Origin: an uncultured Nitrospinota bacterium
Lineage (GTDB): Bacteria > Tectomicrobia > Entotheonellia > J063 > CAVPRW01
NCBI GenBank assembly: GCA_963707985.1
Contig: CAVPRW010000010.1
Coordinates: forward strand, 32,001 to 96,000
Length of the DNA stretch: 64,000 bases
Direction: 5' to 3'
The stretch's first letter is position 1. The number at the start of each line of letters is the position of its first letter. The notes beneath the pieces were generated by a model. The model searched no databases, had not been told where the DNA came from, and was given only the letters and a program-made list of their open reading frames with translations. Made by a program: the position numbers and the translations under genes. Below, one piece after another: positions 1 to 7,977 of this stretch.

Positions 1-38
1 CCCTTTTGCCCTATAACCTAACAAGGAGAGGTGAACTC

Positions 39-995
39 ATGGCCCAGAAGCTCATTGGGGTTGTGGTCTCAGCAGCCGATAGCCCTAGCGTTCTCGCGGG
101 TATCGAGCACGCTGAACAACTGGGGGTTCCAGCGGCATGGTTGACGACCGGTGGGGTCGGGCTCGATGCGTTAACGCTGTACGCGGCCGCCGCGGTGCGG
201 ACCAGCAGCATTCGTCTTGGGACATCGATTGTCCCAACCTTCCCGCGTCATCCGCTGGTGGTGGTTCAGCAAGTCCAGGTGTTGGCTCAGTTGGCTCCCG
301 GTCGCTTCCGTCTCGGCCTGGGTCCCAGCCATCGACCTAACGTGGAAAGGATGTATGGGTTCGACTTCCGCGCCCCGCTCGGACATCTGCGCGAATATCT
401 CCAGATCGTCAAGACCATCCTACACAGTGGCACGGTCGATTTTGATGGGCGCTATTATCATGCGCATGCGCAAATCCGCACACCCGTCGACGTGCCGGTG
501 ATGGCCTCGGCATTGCAACGCAAGTCGTTCGAACTATGCGGAGAGGTAGCCGACGGCGCCATCAGTTGGGTATGTCCGGGAGTGTATTTACGCGATGTTG
601 CCCTGCCGGCCATGCGTGCTGGTGCAGAGAAGGCCGGCCGGCCGGTTCCCCCATTGATGGCTCATGCCCCCATCTGCGTGAACGACAAGCCCGATGAGGT
701 CCGCGAAGTGGTACAGCAGCAGTTGGCCAATTATGTGCGTTTACCCTTTTATGTGCAGATGTTGACAGCAGCCGGTTTTCCAGAGGCATCCCAAGGATCG
801 TGGAGCGATAGGATGATCGAGACGGTCGTCATGTCCGGCGATGAGTCGCGTGTCGCCGAACGGCTCCATGAGCTGTTCAGCTTCGGCGCCACAGAGATTC
901 TCGTGTCCCCGATAGCAGCTGGCAGCGACCGCCCGGCATCGTTGGAGCGTACGTTGCAGCTTGTGGCAGAGGTGGCAAAAGAGGTGGCCAAATAA
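39..995 (+). CDS. LLM-class flavin/F420-dependent oxidoreductase (luciferase-like)
   Basis: AAAAVRTSSIRLGTSIVPTFPRHP, GRFRLGLGPSH and ELCGEVADGAISW are typical LLM motifs; RBS AGGAGAGG precedes ATG at 39. Confidence 0.9.
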   Translation: MAQKLIGVVVSAADSPSVLAGIEHAEQLGVPAAWLTTGGVGLDALTLYAAAAVRTSSIRLGTSIVPTFPRHPLVVVQQVQVLAQLAPGRFRLGLGPSHRPNVERMYGFDFRAPLGHLREYLQIVKTILHSGTVDFDGRYYHAHAQIRTPVDVPVMASALQRKSFELCGEVADGAISWVCPGVYLRDVALPAMRAGAEKAGRPVPPLMAHAPICVNDKPDEVREVVQQQLANYVRLPFYVQMLTAAGFPEASQGSWSDRMIETVVMSGDESRVAERLHELFSFGATEILVSPIAAGSDRPASLERTLQLVAEVAKEVAK

Positions 996-996
996 A

Positions 997-1464
997 GGCT
1001 CTTGGGCACTTGTGGTGAGAGGTGAGGCCCGGTATTGAGTCCGTTCACGCGCGGCGGACCACGCCTCTCCGCCGCGGGCTGGCCGCCATCGCCGTCGCCC
1101 TGGGCGGGGCCGCGGGCGTCCAGCGCCGTCGTGGCCTGGGGGTGCCCGTCAGTCGTCGCCCCCTCTTGCCAGACCGCCCTCCGGCGATTTCGCGAGCTCC
1201 GTCAGCGGGGCGACGGCGGGAGCGCTGGTGTGGCGGCCGAGGTGCGCCGGGGCCGGCCCATAGGGACAGTGGCCGCCTCGCGGCCGGCGTCGAGAGGGGC
1301 ATGGAACGCCACCACGCCTCACAGCCTCGGGGCGCGTGGCAGGTCGATGCGGCTCGGTAGCGCGGGAGGCGATCGCCTGCTCGTGTCACAGGACCGTCGG
1401 CCTGCCGCGCGTGAACGGACTCAATACCGGGCTCTCGCCTCTTCACCACAAGTGCCCAAGAGCC
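997..1464. mobile_element. MITE-like non-autonomous element with ~60-bp imperfect terminal inverted repeats
   Basis: 997-1018 GGCTCTTGGGCACTTGTGGTGA is the exact reverse complement of 1443-1464, and 1027-1055 of 1404-1432. The interior is very GC-rich with no credible protein. Confidence 0.7.
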
Positions 1465-1629
1465 CAGACAATTCTGCAGATGACACCTGGGGGGGCGCGG
1501 TGTGGTACAAGAATCTGCAACAGAACGGCCCTTATGCTACAGATTCTGGGAAGGCTATGTTCTCTGGCCCTGTCCGTGCTCTAGTAGTGCTAGAGTCAAT
1601 CGTGACCACTTCCACCCGAGGAGTTACAG

Positions 1630-1812
1630 ATGGCGCAGGTGATCCCCAAACCGCCCGTCAAAAAGCCTTGGCCCCTGATGACGCCCGCGGAGCGTCTGGC
1701 GATCTGGGAAGACGCCCGGCTGGCCTGGACCCATGACGCCGAGGAGGTGATCGCGCATATTGAGCGGGGCCGGGACGAAGCCCACCGCGAGTTGCCCCCA
1801 CGTGTGCCGTAG
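1630..1812 (+). CDS. Putative antitoxin (VapB-like) upstream of a PIN toxin
   Basis: 60-aa ORF with RBS GAGGAG, directly upstream of a PIN-domain gene. Confidence 0.6.
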   Translation: MAQVIPKPPVKKPWPLMTPAERLAIWEDARLAWTHDAEEVIAHIERGRDEAHRELPPRVP

Positions 1813-1815
1813 CCC

Positions 1816-2186
1816 GTGTACACGCTCGACACCAACGTCATTATCTACTATTTCAACGGTGAAGCCCCTATTCTGGCCTTCTTGCGCGAACAGATAGAAC
1901 AGGGGCGCCCCTGTTCATCTCAGCGGTGACGGAGCATGAGCTGTACAGCTACCCGCACCTGACGCCAGTGGAGGTGGCCAGGATCGACGCGCTGCTCACC
2001 ACGCTCACCGTCATCGACGTCGACTCGCGCATCGCCCAACTGTCCGGCCAACTCCGCGCCAGCTACGGCATCAAAGCCCTGGATAGCTTTATCGCGGCCA
2101 CGGCGCTGATGACGGGCACGACGCTGGCCACCCGCAATGTCCGGGACTTTCGCCGCATTCCCAACCTTGATATCCGCGAATTGTAG
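1816..2186 (+). pseudogene. vapC: PIN-domain (VapC-like) toxin, frameshifted near 1902-1912
   Basis: The N-terminus VYTLDTNVIIYYF (from GTG 1816) and the C-terminal part LFISAVTEHEL...ALDSFIAATA...LATRNVRDFRRIP lie in different frames. The switch is at the GGGGCGCCCC run. Confidence 0.8.
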
Positions 2187-2318
2187 CGGTCCCTCAGCCT
2201 GTGCATGCCTATGAGGCTAACCCCAAAGTGTGTTACCAGGGCAATGAGCACGAGAGACCCCGTCGGATGAAACGGAAATGACCAATATCCTTTCACATCG
2301 CAGGGGAGGGTTACGTCA

Positions 2319-2900
2319 TTGACGGATTTTCGTCCTGATATCCACACAAACCCGAGCTTCTATCGCGGTATTATTGAAGATCCAGATCCCATTGAATCCC
2401 TTAACATTATCCTCAATGAACTGGAGGCCTTTGGTTTTGACAAGCTCGTGCAAAACTTCTCGACCCAACGCGATCCCGAGAGGGCGTCAGATATCTTGTT
2501 TGAAATCTCGATTTGCCAACTGCTCCGCCGCAACCCCGATATTCAGGACCTCCAATACGAGCCGCCAGGCGATGCGCATCCGCCCGATTTTCGGTTTCAA
2601 TGACGCGGCGTCAGTTTCGACCTGCAAGTGAAACAGCTGCACAATACCAAGAACGAGATGATCAAACGCCTCTTCGAACGGGAATGCCGCAGGCACCTCT
2701 CTCGTCTTCCCAAGCCATGGTTCATCAATTTCTGGGTCGCTAACCACTTCACACGACAGCATCTGAACCCCTTCTTTGCCTACCTGAAGGGATCTCTGGG
2801 TCAATTTTCACCCACGACGACGTATGACAGCATGTTGGGTGAGCCGCAGTATCGTTGGGAACAGGACGGAAGAACGCTCGTACCATCAGGCTGGCCCTGA
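2319..2900 (+). pseudogene. Hypothetical PD-(D/E)xK-like protein with an internal TGA (2601-2603), apparently truncated
   Basis: ORFs 2319-2603 and 2628-2900 share a frame and read across the stop as PPDFRFQ*RGVSFDLQVK, a PD...(D/E/Q)xK-like motif. Confidence 0.5.
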
Positions 2901-2962
2901 CATTGAAATCATCCGTATCTTACATGAGCGTATGGACATTGACTCCCGACTGTCAGAATGAA

Positions 2963-3085
2963 ACACGGCTGCAACAGGCCATTGATGAGGGGCTGGCCTC
3001 CGGCCTGAGTGACCGCTCCATGGACGAACTCATCGCCGAAGCTGAGCAGGAAGCGGCAGCGATGAGCCGTCAACCGGAGGAGACT
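2963..3085 (+). pseudogene. C-terminal fragment of a ParD-like antitoxin
   Basis: RLQQAIDEGLASGLSDRSMDELIAEA resembles ParD-family C-termini; the N-terminal DNA-binding part is not visible. Confidence 0.4.
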
Positions 3086-3625
3086 ATGAAAGACCTCATT
3101 CATGATCGCGTGCTGGACGCGTTTCGACAATTGGTGCAAGAAGACGGCGCCTTCTTCGACTGCCCGATCGAGGAACACGCGCCCTACGATGCCCGCAAGT
3201 TGCACGAGGTCTGTATCAATCACCGGCTGGCCAACCATCTTGCGGCCGCCATCGCTCCCGTGCTCAGGGTTAACGAACGCCTGTTTGTGGACATCGAATT
3301 CAACCGGGAGGGTGTGGACTTCAAACAGATCAGGATCAATGGCGAAGACCACACCGTCAGGCCCGATATCATCATCCATAACCGGAAGACAGGCCCTCAG
3401 AAGCTGAACATCCTTGCGGTGGAATGCAAGAAGCAGGACACATCCGCAAAAGAAATCGAGGAGGATAAGAAAAAGATCCGCGCCTTCATGGAGGATGAAA
3501 GATATCAGTACCAGTTCGGCCTTCAGGTGATCTATGGACAAGACGGGGTGCGCGGAGAATTGTTCTTCAAGGATGGCAAGCGTATGAACAGCATGAAACT
3601 GTCAGTGCCACCTGCAGCAGTTTGA
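3086..3625 (+). CDS. PD-(D/E)xK nuclease-fold hypothetical protein
   Basis: RBS GGAGGAG before ATG 3086; motifs HEVCINHRLA, VDIEFNR, RPDIIIH and LAVECKK. Confidence 0.65.
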   Translation: MKDLIHDRVLDAFRQLVQEDGAFFDCPIEEHAPYDARKLHEVCINHRLANHLAAAIAPVLRVNERLFVDIEFNREGVDFKQIRINGEDHTVRPDIIIHNRKTGPQKLNILAVECKKQDTSAKEIEEDKKKIRAFMEDERYQYQFGLQVIYGQDGVRGELFFKDGKRMNSMKLSVPPAAV

Positions 3626-3937
3626 CCCTTGATAATTCCCTGAGTGATGACCATGGTCGGCATCCATAATAGGGTGGTCAAAATGCCTTTGGCGATAAAT
3701 GAAGGTGGCCTCGTCGGTGGGGGTCATGTGTGGCCACGGTTTTTCTGGCTTATGGTGGAGCATCGACAATCCCCCACTGCACCAGCTCCTTCTCGATGGC
3801 GCCGATATACCTCCAGCAGTTGCGACGGCGGATAATCTTCGCGCGATGCGCCAGAGCGTTGCGGTCCTCGACGATCTTGACGATGAGCGCATAATTCCGC
3901 CACGGGAGCGCGTGCTCACTGTTCTGCACCAGTGTGC

Positions 3938-4600
3938 CTAACGGTGTTCTGGGGTTGACGCCTCGTAGGTGTACCAGGACGTCGTTGAGCACGGCGCAGG
4001 CCTGGAGGAATGGGAGATCGTGGGCGGGGGGTTCAGGCGCCCGGTGCAAGTTTTCCCCGCCTCCGGCGTGATGGTGGTCTGCCACTGCTGCAGCGTCGGG
4101 CCCCAGGTCGACACCGCCCGCGTCCCGTCGTCACAGAGGGTCTGCAGGCGCTTCAAGGTCGGCTCGTGGTGGGTCTGACAACGCATGGCCGGGCCGGCCA
4201 GGGCGGGTATGGCCCACACCAAGGCCAGCACCAGGACGAGGATCAGGGTCTTATTCATATGAGTCGCTGCTCCCTGGCCAGAAATACAGGACCATACGAA
4301 CACCGCCACCGCAAAAAGCGTGATGCAGACTTGGACAATCGTTTCGTGGACCCGTGCATTCATGGTCCTCTCTGACCTGCCTGGAAAGAAGAACGGATCG
4401 GTTTTGATGAAGATTGCCAGCACGAGGAAACAGACGATCGCCACTGCGAAGTAATGCACAAGCCAGCTGGCGAGGAATGAGAGGAGACCTGAAGCCCACG
4501 GGCGATGACCGTATTGCACGATATAACGCACGTAGCAGACCACCAGTCCGGTGGGAATGAGCAGGAGGTTCCGTCTTCCCTCCATCGACAGGCGGACCAT
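3938..4600 (-). CDS. Hypothetical membrane protein, possibly fused to a small secreted Cys-containing protein starting at 4258
   Basis: About three hydrophobic segments, then an internal MNKTLILVLVLALVWAIPALA signal peptide with its own GGGAG RBS. Confidence 0.4.
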   Translation of the reverse strand: MVRLSMEGRRNLLLIPTGLVVCYVRYIVQYGHRPWASGLLSFLASWLVHYFAVAIVCFLVLAIFIKTDPFFFPGRSERTMNARVHETIVQVCITLFAVAVFVWSCISGQGAATHMNKTLILVLVLALVWAIPALAGPAMRCQTHHEPTLKRLQTLCDDGTRAVSTWGPTLQQWQTTITPEAGKTCTGRLNPPPTISHSSRPAPCSTTSWYTYEASTPEHR

Positions 4601-4621
4601 GGCTGTGGTGTTCCTCCTTAT

Positions 4622-4816
4622 TCACAACTTTCCGTCAGCACAGCGACCCGGGTTCGCCCCGCGGCGGTCTGCCCCGCGGAGGTTCGCCTGGAAGAAGTCT
4701 GCCCGGAAGAGATCCGCCCCGGAGAGGTCTGGCCTTATCTCTCGATGCGTCGCGCGCCATTGATTCCAAGCTGCCACCCCTTCCTGCAGCCGTGCGAGAT
4801 GTTCCTCGTTCGCCGT
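4622..4816 (-). pseudogene. Pentapeptide-repeat protein remnant (ACG in place of the start codon, truncated)
   Basis: Manual translation gives (T)ANEEHLARLQEGVAAWNQWRATHREIRPDLSGADLFRADFFQANLRGADRRGANPG..., with 15-bp periodicity and RBS GGAGGG. It is absent from the ORF track. Confidence 0.8.
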
Positions 4817-4994
4817 CGTTCAGCCCTCCGCGCCCCGTCGTATCTCGAACAGCCTATAGGGCTCTACTTGGTTGTGGACCTCGGGGCCAATCTGACTGTC
4901 TTCTCCGTTTGAAAGAACCCAAAAGGTGTTCGCTGGCGTGCACCATGCGGCTTCGGACCTCCGCTGATCCCTAGTTGGCGAGGGAAGCCCAGAA

Positions 4995-5162
4995 TCACAG
5001 AAGACAATCGACGAAGGCGTGGTGCTCGGTGCACATGGCGATGCGCTGGAAGAATTCATCAAGCGCGGGCACCACCACGAAGAAGAGCAGCAAGAGCGCC
5101 ACGAGACTCAAGCCGATATATTTGAGTGTGACCAGCAGTGAATGCGCAGGCGTTGGGGTCAT
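4995..5162 (-). CDS. Small single-TM hypothetical protein
   Basis: MTPTPAHSLLVTLKYIGLSLVALLLLFFVVVPAL...; GAGG upstream. Confidence 0.35.
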   Translation of the reverse strand: MTPTPAHSLLVTLKYIGLSLVALLLLFFVVVPALDEFFQRIAMCTEHHAFVDCLL

Positions 5163-5183
5163 GGGGGGGCATCGCCTCGGTTC

Positions 5184-5456
5184 CTGGCGATATGTCTTCT
5201 CATCGCGGAGCAGGATCGCTGAAATCTCGACGACGTGCTGCTGATGGAAGAGAATAAAAATTAGGCGATACCGGCCGACGCGTTTGCGGTATCGCCCTTG
5301 CCATCGTCTCCCCTTCAGGGGTTGGACATCCCCTTGGAATGGGTCCTGCCGCATCCGGTCAATCGCTCTACCGATGGTGACCTGGTGGTCTCAGGGTAGT
5401 GCGCTCAACTGTCTCGTTGCCTCTGAGGACAATCGAATCATCCATGGGGTCGGCAT
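5184..5456 (-). pseudogene. RelE/ParE-family toxin with an internal TGA (5391-5393)
   Basis: MPTPWMIRLSSEATRQLSALP*DHQVTIGRAIDRMRQDPFQGDVQPLKG...YRKRVGRYRLIF...ISAILLRDEKTYR; the terminal stop also appears lost. Confidence 0.8.
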
Positions 5457-5460
5457 TGGA

Positions 5461-5718
5461 TTAGAGGTTGAGCTGCTCTTTTAGATCATCCCAGGCGACA
5501 TGCATACCCTTTTTCAGCTGGACCTCGCCCTTGCGTACCAGTTTTTCTTCTTCGGGCGTGAGCACATCATCAGCATCGACGAGCTTCTTGGGCTTGATGA
5601 TCACCTGGCCTTCGATGCTGCTAACCTCCACGAAATCGCCTTCCTGAAGCCCGAGCTCCTGGCAAATCTCTTTGGGAATGACCACCTGACGGCGCTGGCC
5701 AAGTTTGCTGATGGGCAT
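5461..5718 (-). CDS. AbrB/MazE/SpoVT-family antitoxin
   Basis: MPISKLGQRRQVVIPKEICQELGLQEGDFVEV swapped-hairpin signature; directly upstream of the RelE-like gene. Confidence 0.88.
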   Translation of the reverse strand: MPISKLGQRRQVVIPKEICQELGLQEGDFVEVSSIEGQVIIKPKKLVDADDVLTPEEEKLVRKGEVQLKKGMHVAWDDLKEQLNL

Positions 5719-5755
5719 CACCGCTCTCCGAATTGTTGGGGTCAGTGTTTTTGTA

Positions 5756-5794
5756 GACATGATGTCAGAGTATCAGATGAACAGAACCTGTCAA
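5756..5794 (-). promoter_or_regulatory. Sigma70-like promoter and palindromic operator of the AbrB-RelE operon
   Basis: TTGACA (5794-5789), 16-nt spacer ending in TGn, TACTCT (5772-5767); palindrome GACATGATGTC at 5756-5766. Confidence 0.5.
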
Positions 5795-5914
5795 GCAGAT
5801 GGATTACTGCCGCTTCTTGATGTGGGCCTTGCCGGATTTGAGGGCCGCGGTGAGGGCTTTCTGGTCGCGTTTGGCGATGGCACGGGCCAGGGCGTCTTCT
5901 TCGGGGTAGGGTAG

Positions 5915-6060
5915 GAGCAGAGCGCACCCAAGACCGTCATATTTTTCCCTTTGTTGACAGGTTGTGCTGTATGAACTCTCTCACCTTGAGGCGATCGGGC
6001 ATACTGTCGTGCCAGAGCAATATGGACGCGTGTTCGGCATGCGCCAGTCCAAGGCCACGC
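5915..6060 (-). mobile_element. IS630-family transposase fragment
   Basis: ALARQYARSPQGERVHTAQPVNKGKNMTVLGAL resembles the segment after the first catalytic Asp of IS630 transposases. Confidence 0.65.
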
Positions 6061-6234
6061 CGTGGATTCATGTCTGATGGCCCGTGTGGCGTCAGACGCG
6101 GCGCGCCTTGGGGGATGTGCCCTCTCGGAGTGTGGAGGCCTTGAGCCAACACCTGGGGGTGGACGTACCACCCCTCCCCCTCGACGCATGACCCGCAGAA
6201 GAACTCCGAGCCGCCACACTCCCAGTCGCCCCCC

Positions 6235-6455
6235 TTGTTGTCATGACGGTACCGAGCGACCCATGCCACGCCCCCACGGCGCGACTGAACAGAACACATA
6301 CTATCGCGGTAAGAACAAGCGGCATATGCTCAAAAACATTTTGCCGATCAATGCCGCCCGGCGGATGCTGTTCCTGAGTGAAACGCCTCCCGGCCGTGTG
6401 CATGACCAGCGCATCGCCGACACGACGCCGTCTCCGCTGCCGGCGGGAAGCCAGT
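6235..6455 (+). mobile_element. IS5-family (DDE_Tnp_4-like) transposase fragment, degenerate
   Basis: HDGTERPMPRP...YRGKNKRHMLKN...LFLSET..GRVHDQRIAD..P.PLPAGS, a decayed form of DGTERPI.RP...YSGKKKRHT.K...G..HD. Confidence 0.7.
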
Positions 6456-6654
6456 TCGGTGCAGGCGCTCGTACCAGTATTCACCGCCGAACACTGCATC
6501 GTCGGGCACAATTCGAAAATTGGCGGGGTATGATAGACTTGAACGACTGCTCAGCGATCGAGTGTGACCAAAATGGTTCCGCGACACCCCATGGTGAGTA
6601 TTGCGTGACGTGCCCCCACGAACCGATAACACTTCGTGAGGAGATCGACTCCGG

Positions 6655-6993
6655 GTGGACACGAAGAGCTTGGCGATCCTGGTGGTAGCCACGATGAGTG
6701 CCGTTGGCATCCTGGGTGATTACTTTCTGAAGCGGGCCAGCGAGGCACAACACCCCCTCGCCACACGTTCTTTCCTGATCGGCATTGTGCTGTACGCTTC
6801 GACTGCGGTGGCCTGGACCTTTGTGATGCGGCATCTCACCTTGGCAACCATTGGGGTCATTTACGCCATGTGTATGATTCTGTTCTTGGCCCTGATGGGT
6901 GTGGTGGTGTTCAATGAGCCACTGCATCGGTCTGAGATTGTAGGTATTGTCCTCGCCTTAGCCGCACTGGTCTTGCTGGCGCGCTTCGGATGA
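6655..6993 (+). CDS. Small 4-TM DMT/SMR-like transporter
   Basis: 112 aa with four hydrophobic helices and GVVVFNEPLHRSEIVGIVL; RBS GAGGAG. Confidence 0.75.
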   Translation: MDTKSLAILVVATMSAVGILGDYFLKRASEAQHPLATRSFLIGIVLYASTAVAWTFVMRHLTLATIGVIYAMCMILFLALMGVVVFNEPLHRSEIVGIVLALAALVLLARFG

Positions 6994-7074
6994 GCGTTGG
7001 CCGTCCCCGGCCGTTGTCGTGGGCAGGGACCTGGGCGTGATCGACTCCAGGTCCTGAAGGCCCTGGGAGCCTGC

Positions 7075-7887
7075 ATGGCAGTCCAAGATGTCGTCGTCAA
7101 TGGGACCACGCTGTACTATGAAGTACACGGCACAGGCCCGTCGGTGCTGTGCATTGCTGGCACCACAGGGGATGCCGGCCACTTTACACAGGTTGCCACC
7201 CAACTTGCGGACGAGTTCACCATCGTGTCCTATGATCGCCGTGGGAACTCCCGTAGTTCGCGTCCTGAGGGTTGGAGCCAGACCTCCGTGCCCGAGCAGG
7301 CCAACGATGCCGCCGCACTCATCCAGGCCTTGCAGCTCGCTCCAGTGGCAGTGTTTGCCACCGATGCGGGGGGACGCATCGGGCTCGATCTCTTGATACG
7401 CTTCTCACACCTGCTATGCGGCGTCGTGCTGCATGAACCTGTCCTGCCCTCCGTGCTCCGCCATCCCGAGCACGTGATCGGCCCGGTGCAAGCAGCCATC
7501 CTCCAGGGCTTCCAGGCGAAAGGGCTGCCAGGGGGCGTTGAGGCGGTGCTGCGTTATGTGGCAGGCGATGCTGCGATGGCGGCTATCCCGTCGCAGACGC
7601 TGGAGCGGTTGCTCCAGAATGCCGAGACGGTCTTCGGCATTGAACGCAGCGAGGAGTTTGCCAACTGGTGTCCGACAGAGGCGGCTCTGGCGGCCGTGCA
7701 GGTGCCGGTGGCCGTGCTTATGGGCCGGGAGAGTGCGGAATTCTTCCGGGAGATGGTGAACTGGCTCGCACCGCGTCTCAACGCCGGAGTCACCACCGCT
7801 CCGGGCGGAGACGCCGCCTATTTTGATCATGCCCCCGAGTTGGCTGAGACCCTGCGTCCCATCCTGAGGCAATGGAGAGCCCGCTAA
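7075..7887 (+). CDS. Alpha/beta hydrolase-fold protein with non-canonical catalytic positions
   Basis: LYYEVHGTGP, SYDRRGNSRS and VLHEP are present; the nucleophile elbow reads FATDAGG and the His loop reads PGGDAAY. Confidence 0.85.
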   Translation: MAVQDVVVNGTTLYYEVHGTGPSVLCIAGTTGDAGHFTQVATQLADEFTIVSYDRRGNSRSSRPEGWSQTSVPEQANDAAALIQALQLAPVAVFATDAGGRIGLDLLIRFSHLLCGVVLHEPVLPSVLRHPEHVIGPVQAAILQGFQAKGLPGGVEAVLRYVAGDAAMAAIPSQTLERLLQNAETVFGIERSEEFANWCPTEAALAAVQVPVAVLMGRESAEFFREMVNWLAPRLNAGVTTAPGGDAAYFDHAPELAETLRPILRQWRAR

Positions 7888-7977
7888 TCGGCTGGAGCAG
7901 CCCCCACTCATAGGCCCAGTGGACTGCCCCTGCCGAGGTCGACTGCACAGTGTCAGCACGTCTCTCAGGGGCGTCGA

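Noticed and set aside
1022..1736. Long ORFs across the inverted-repeat element
   Set aside because: Arg/Gly/Ala/Pro-rich translations typical of GC-rich non-coding DNA, with no recognisable domain.
2601..2603. In-frame TGA as possible selenocysteine
   Set aside because: It is not in a Cys/redox motif (FQ*RG), only a weak hairpin follows, and the gene is truncated in a decayed region. A nonsense mutation is more likely.
3602..3763. Minus-strand peptide KPWPHMTP resembling KPWPLMTP in the antitoxin at 1630
   Set aside because: The similarity is limited to about 8 residues with no toxin partner; probably chance.
4650..4735. Short tandem repeats as a CRISPR array
   Set aside because: The 15-bp period has no spacers and is explained by pentapeptide-repeat coding. 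No cas genes or arrays were seen in the window.
5391..5393. In-frame TGA in the RelE-like gene as recoding
   Set aside because: The context LP*DHQ fits a CGA>TGA mutation; no Cys is expected there in RelE toxins.
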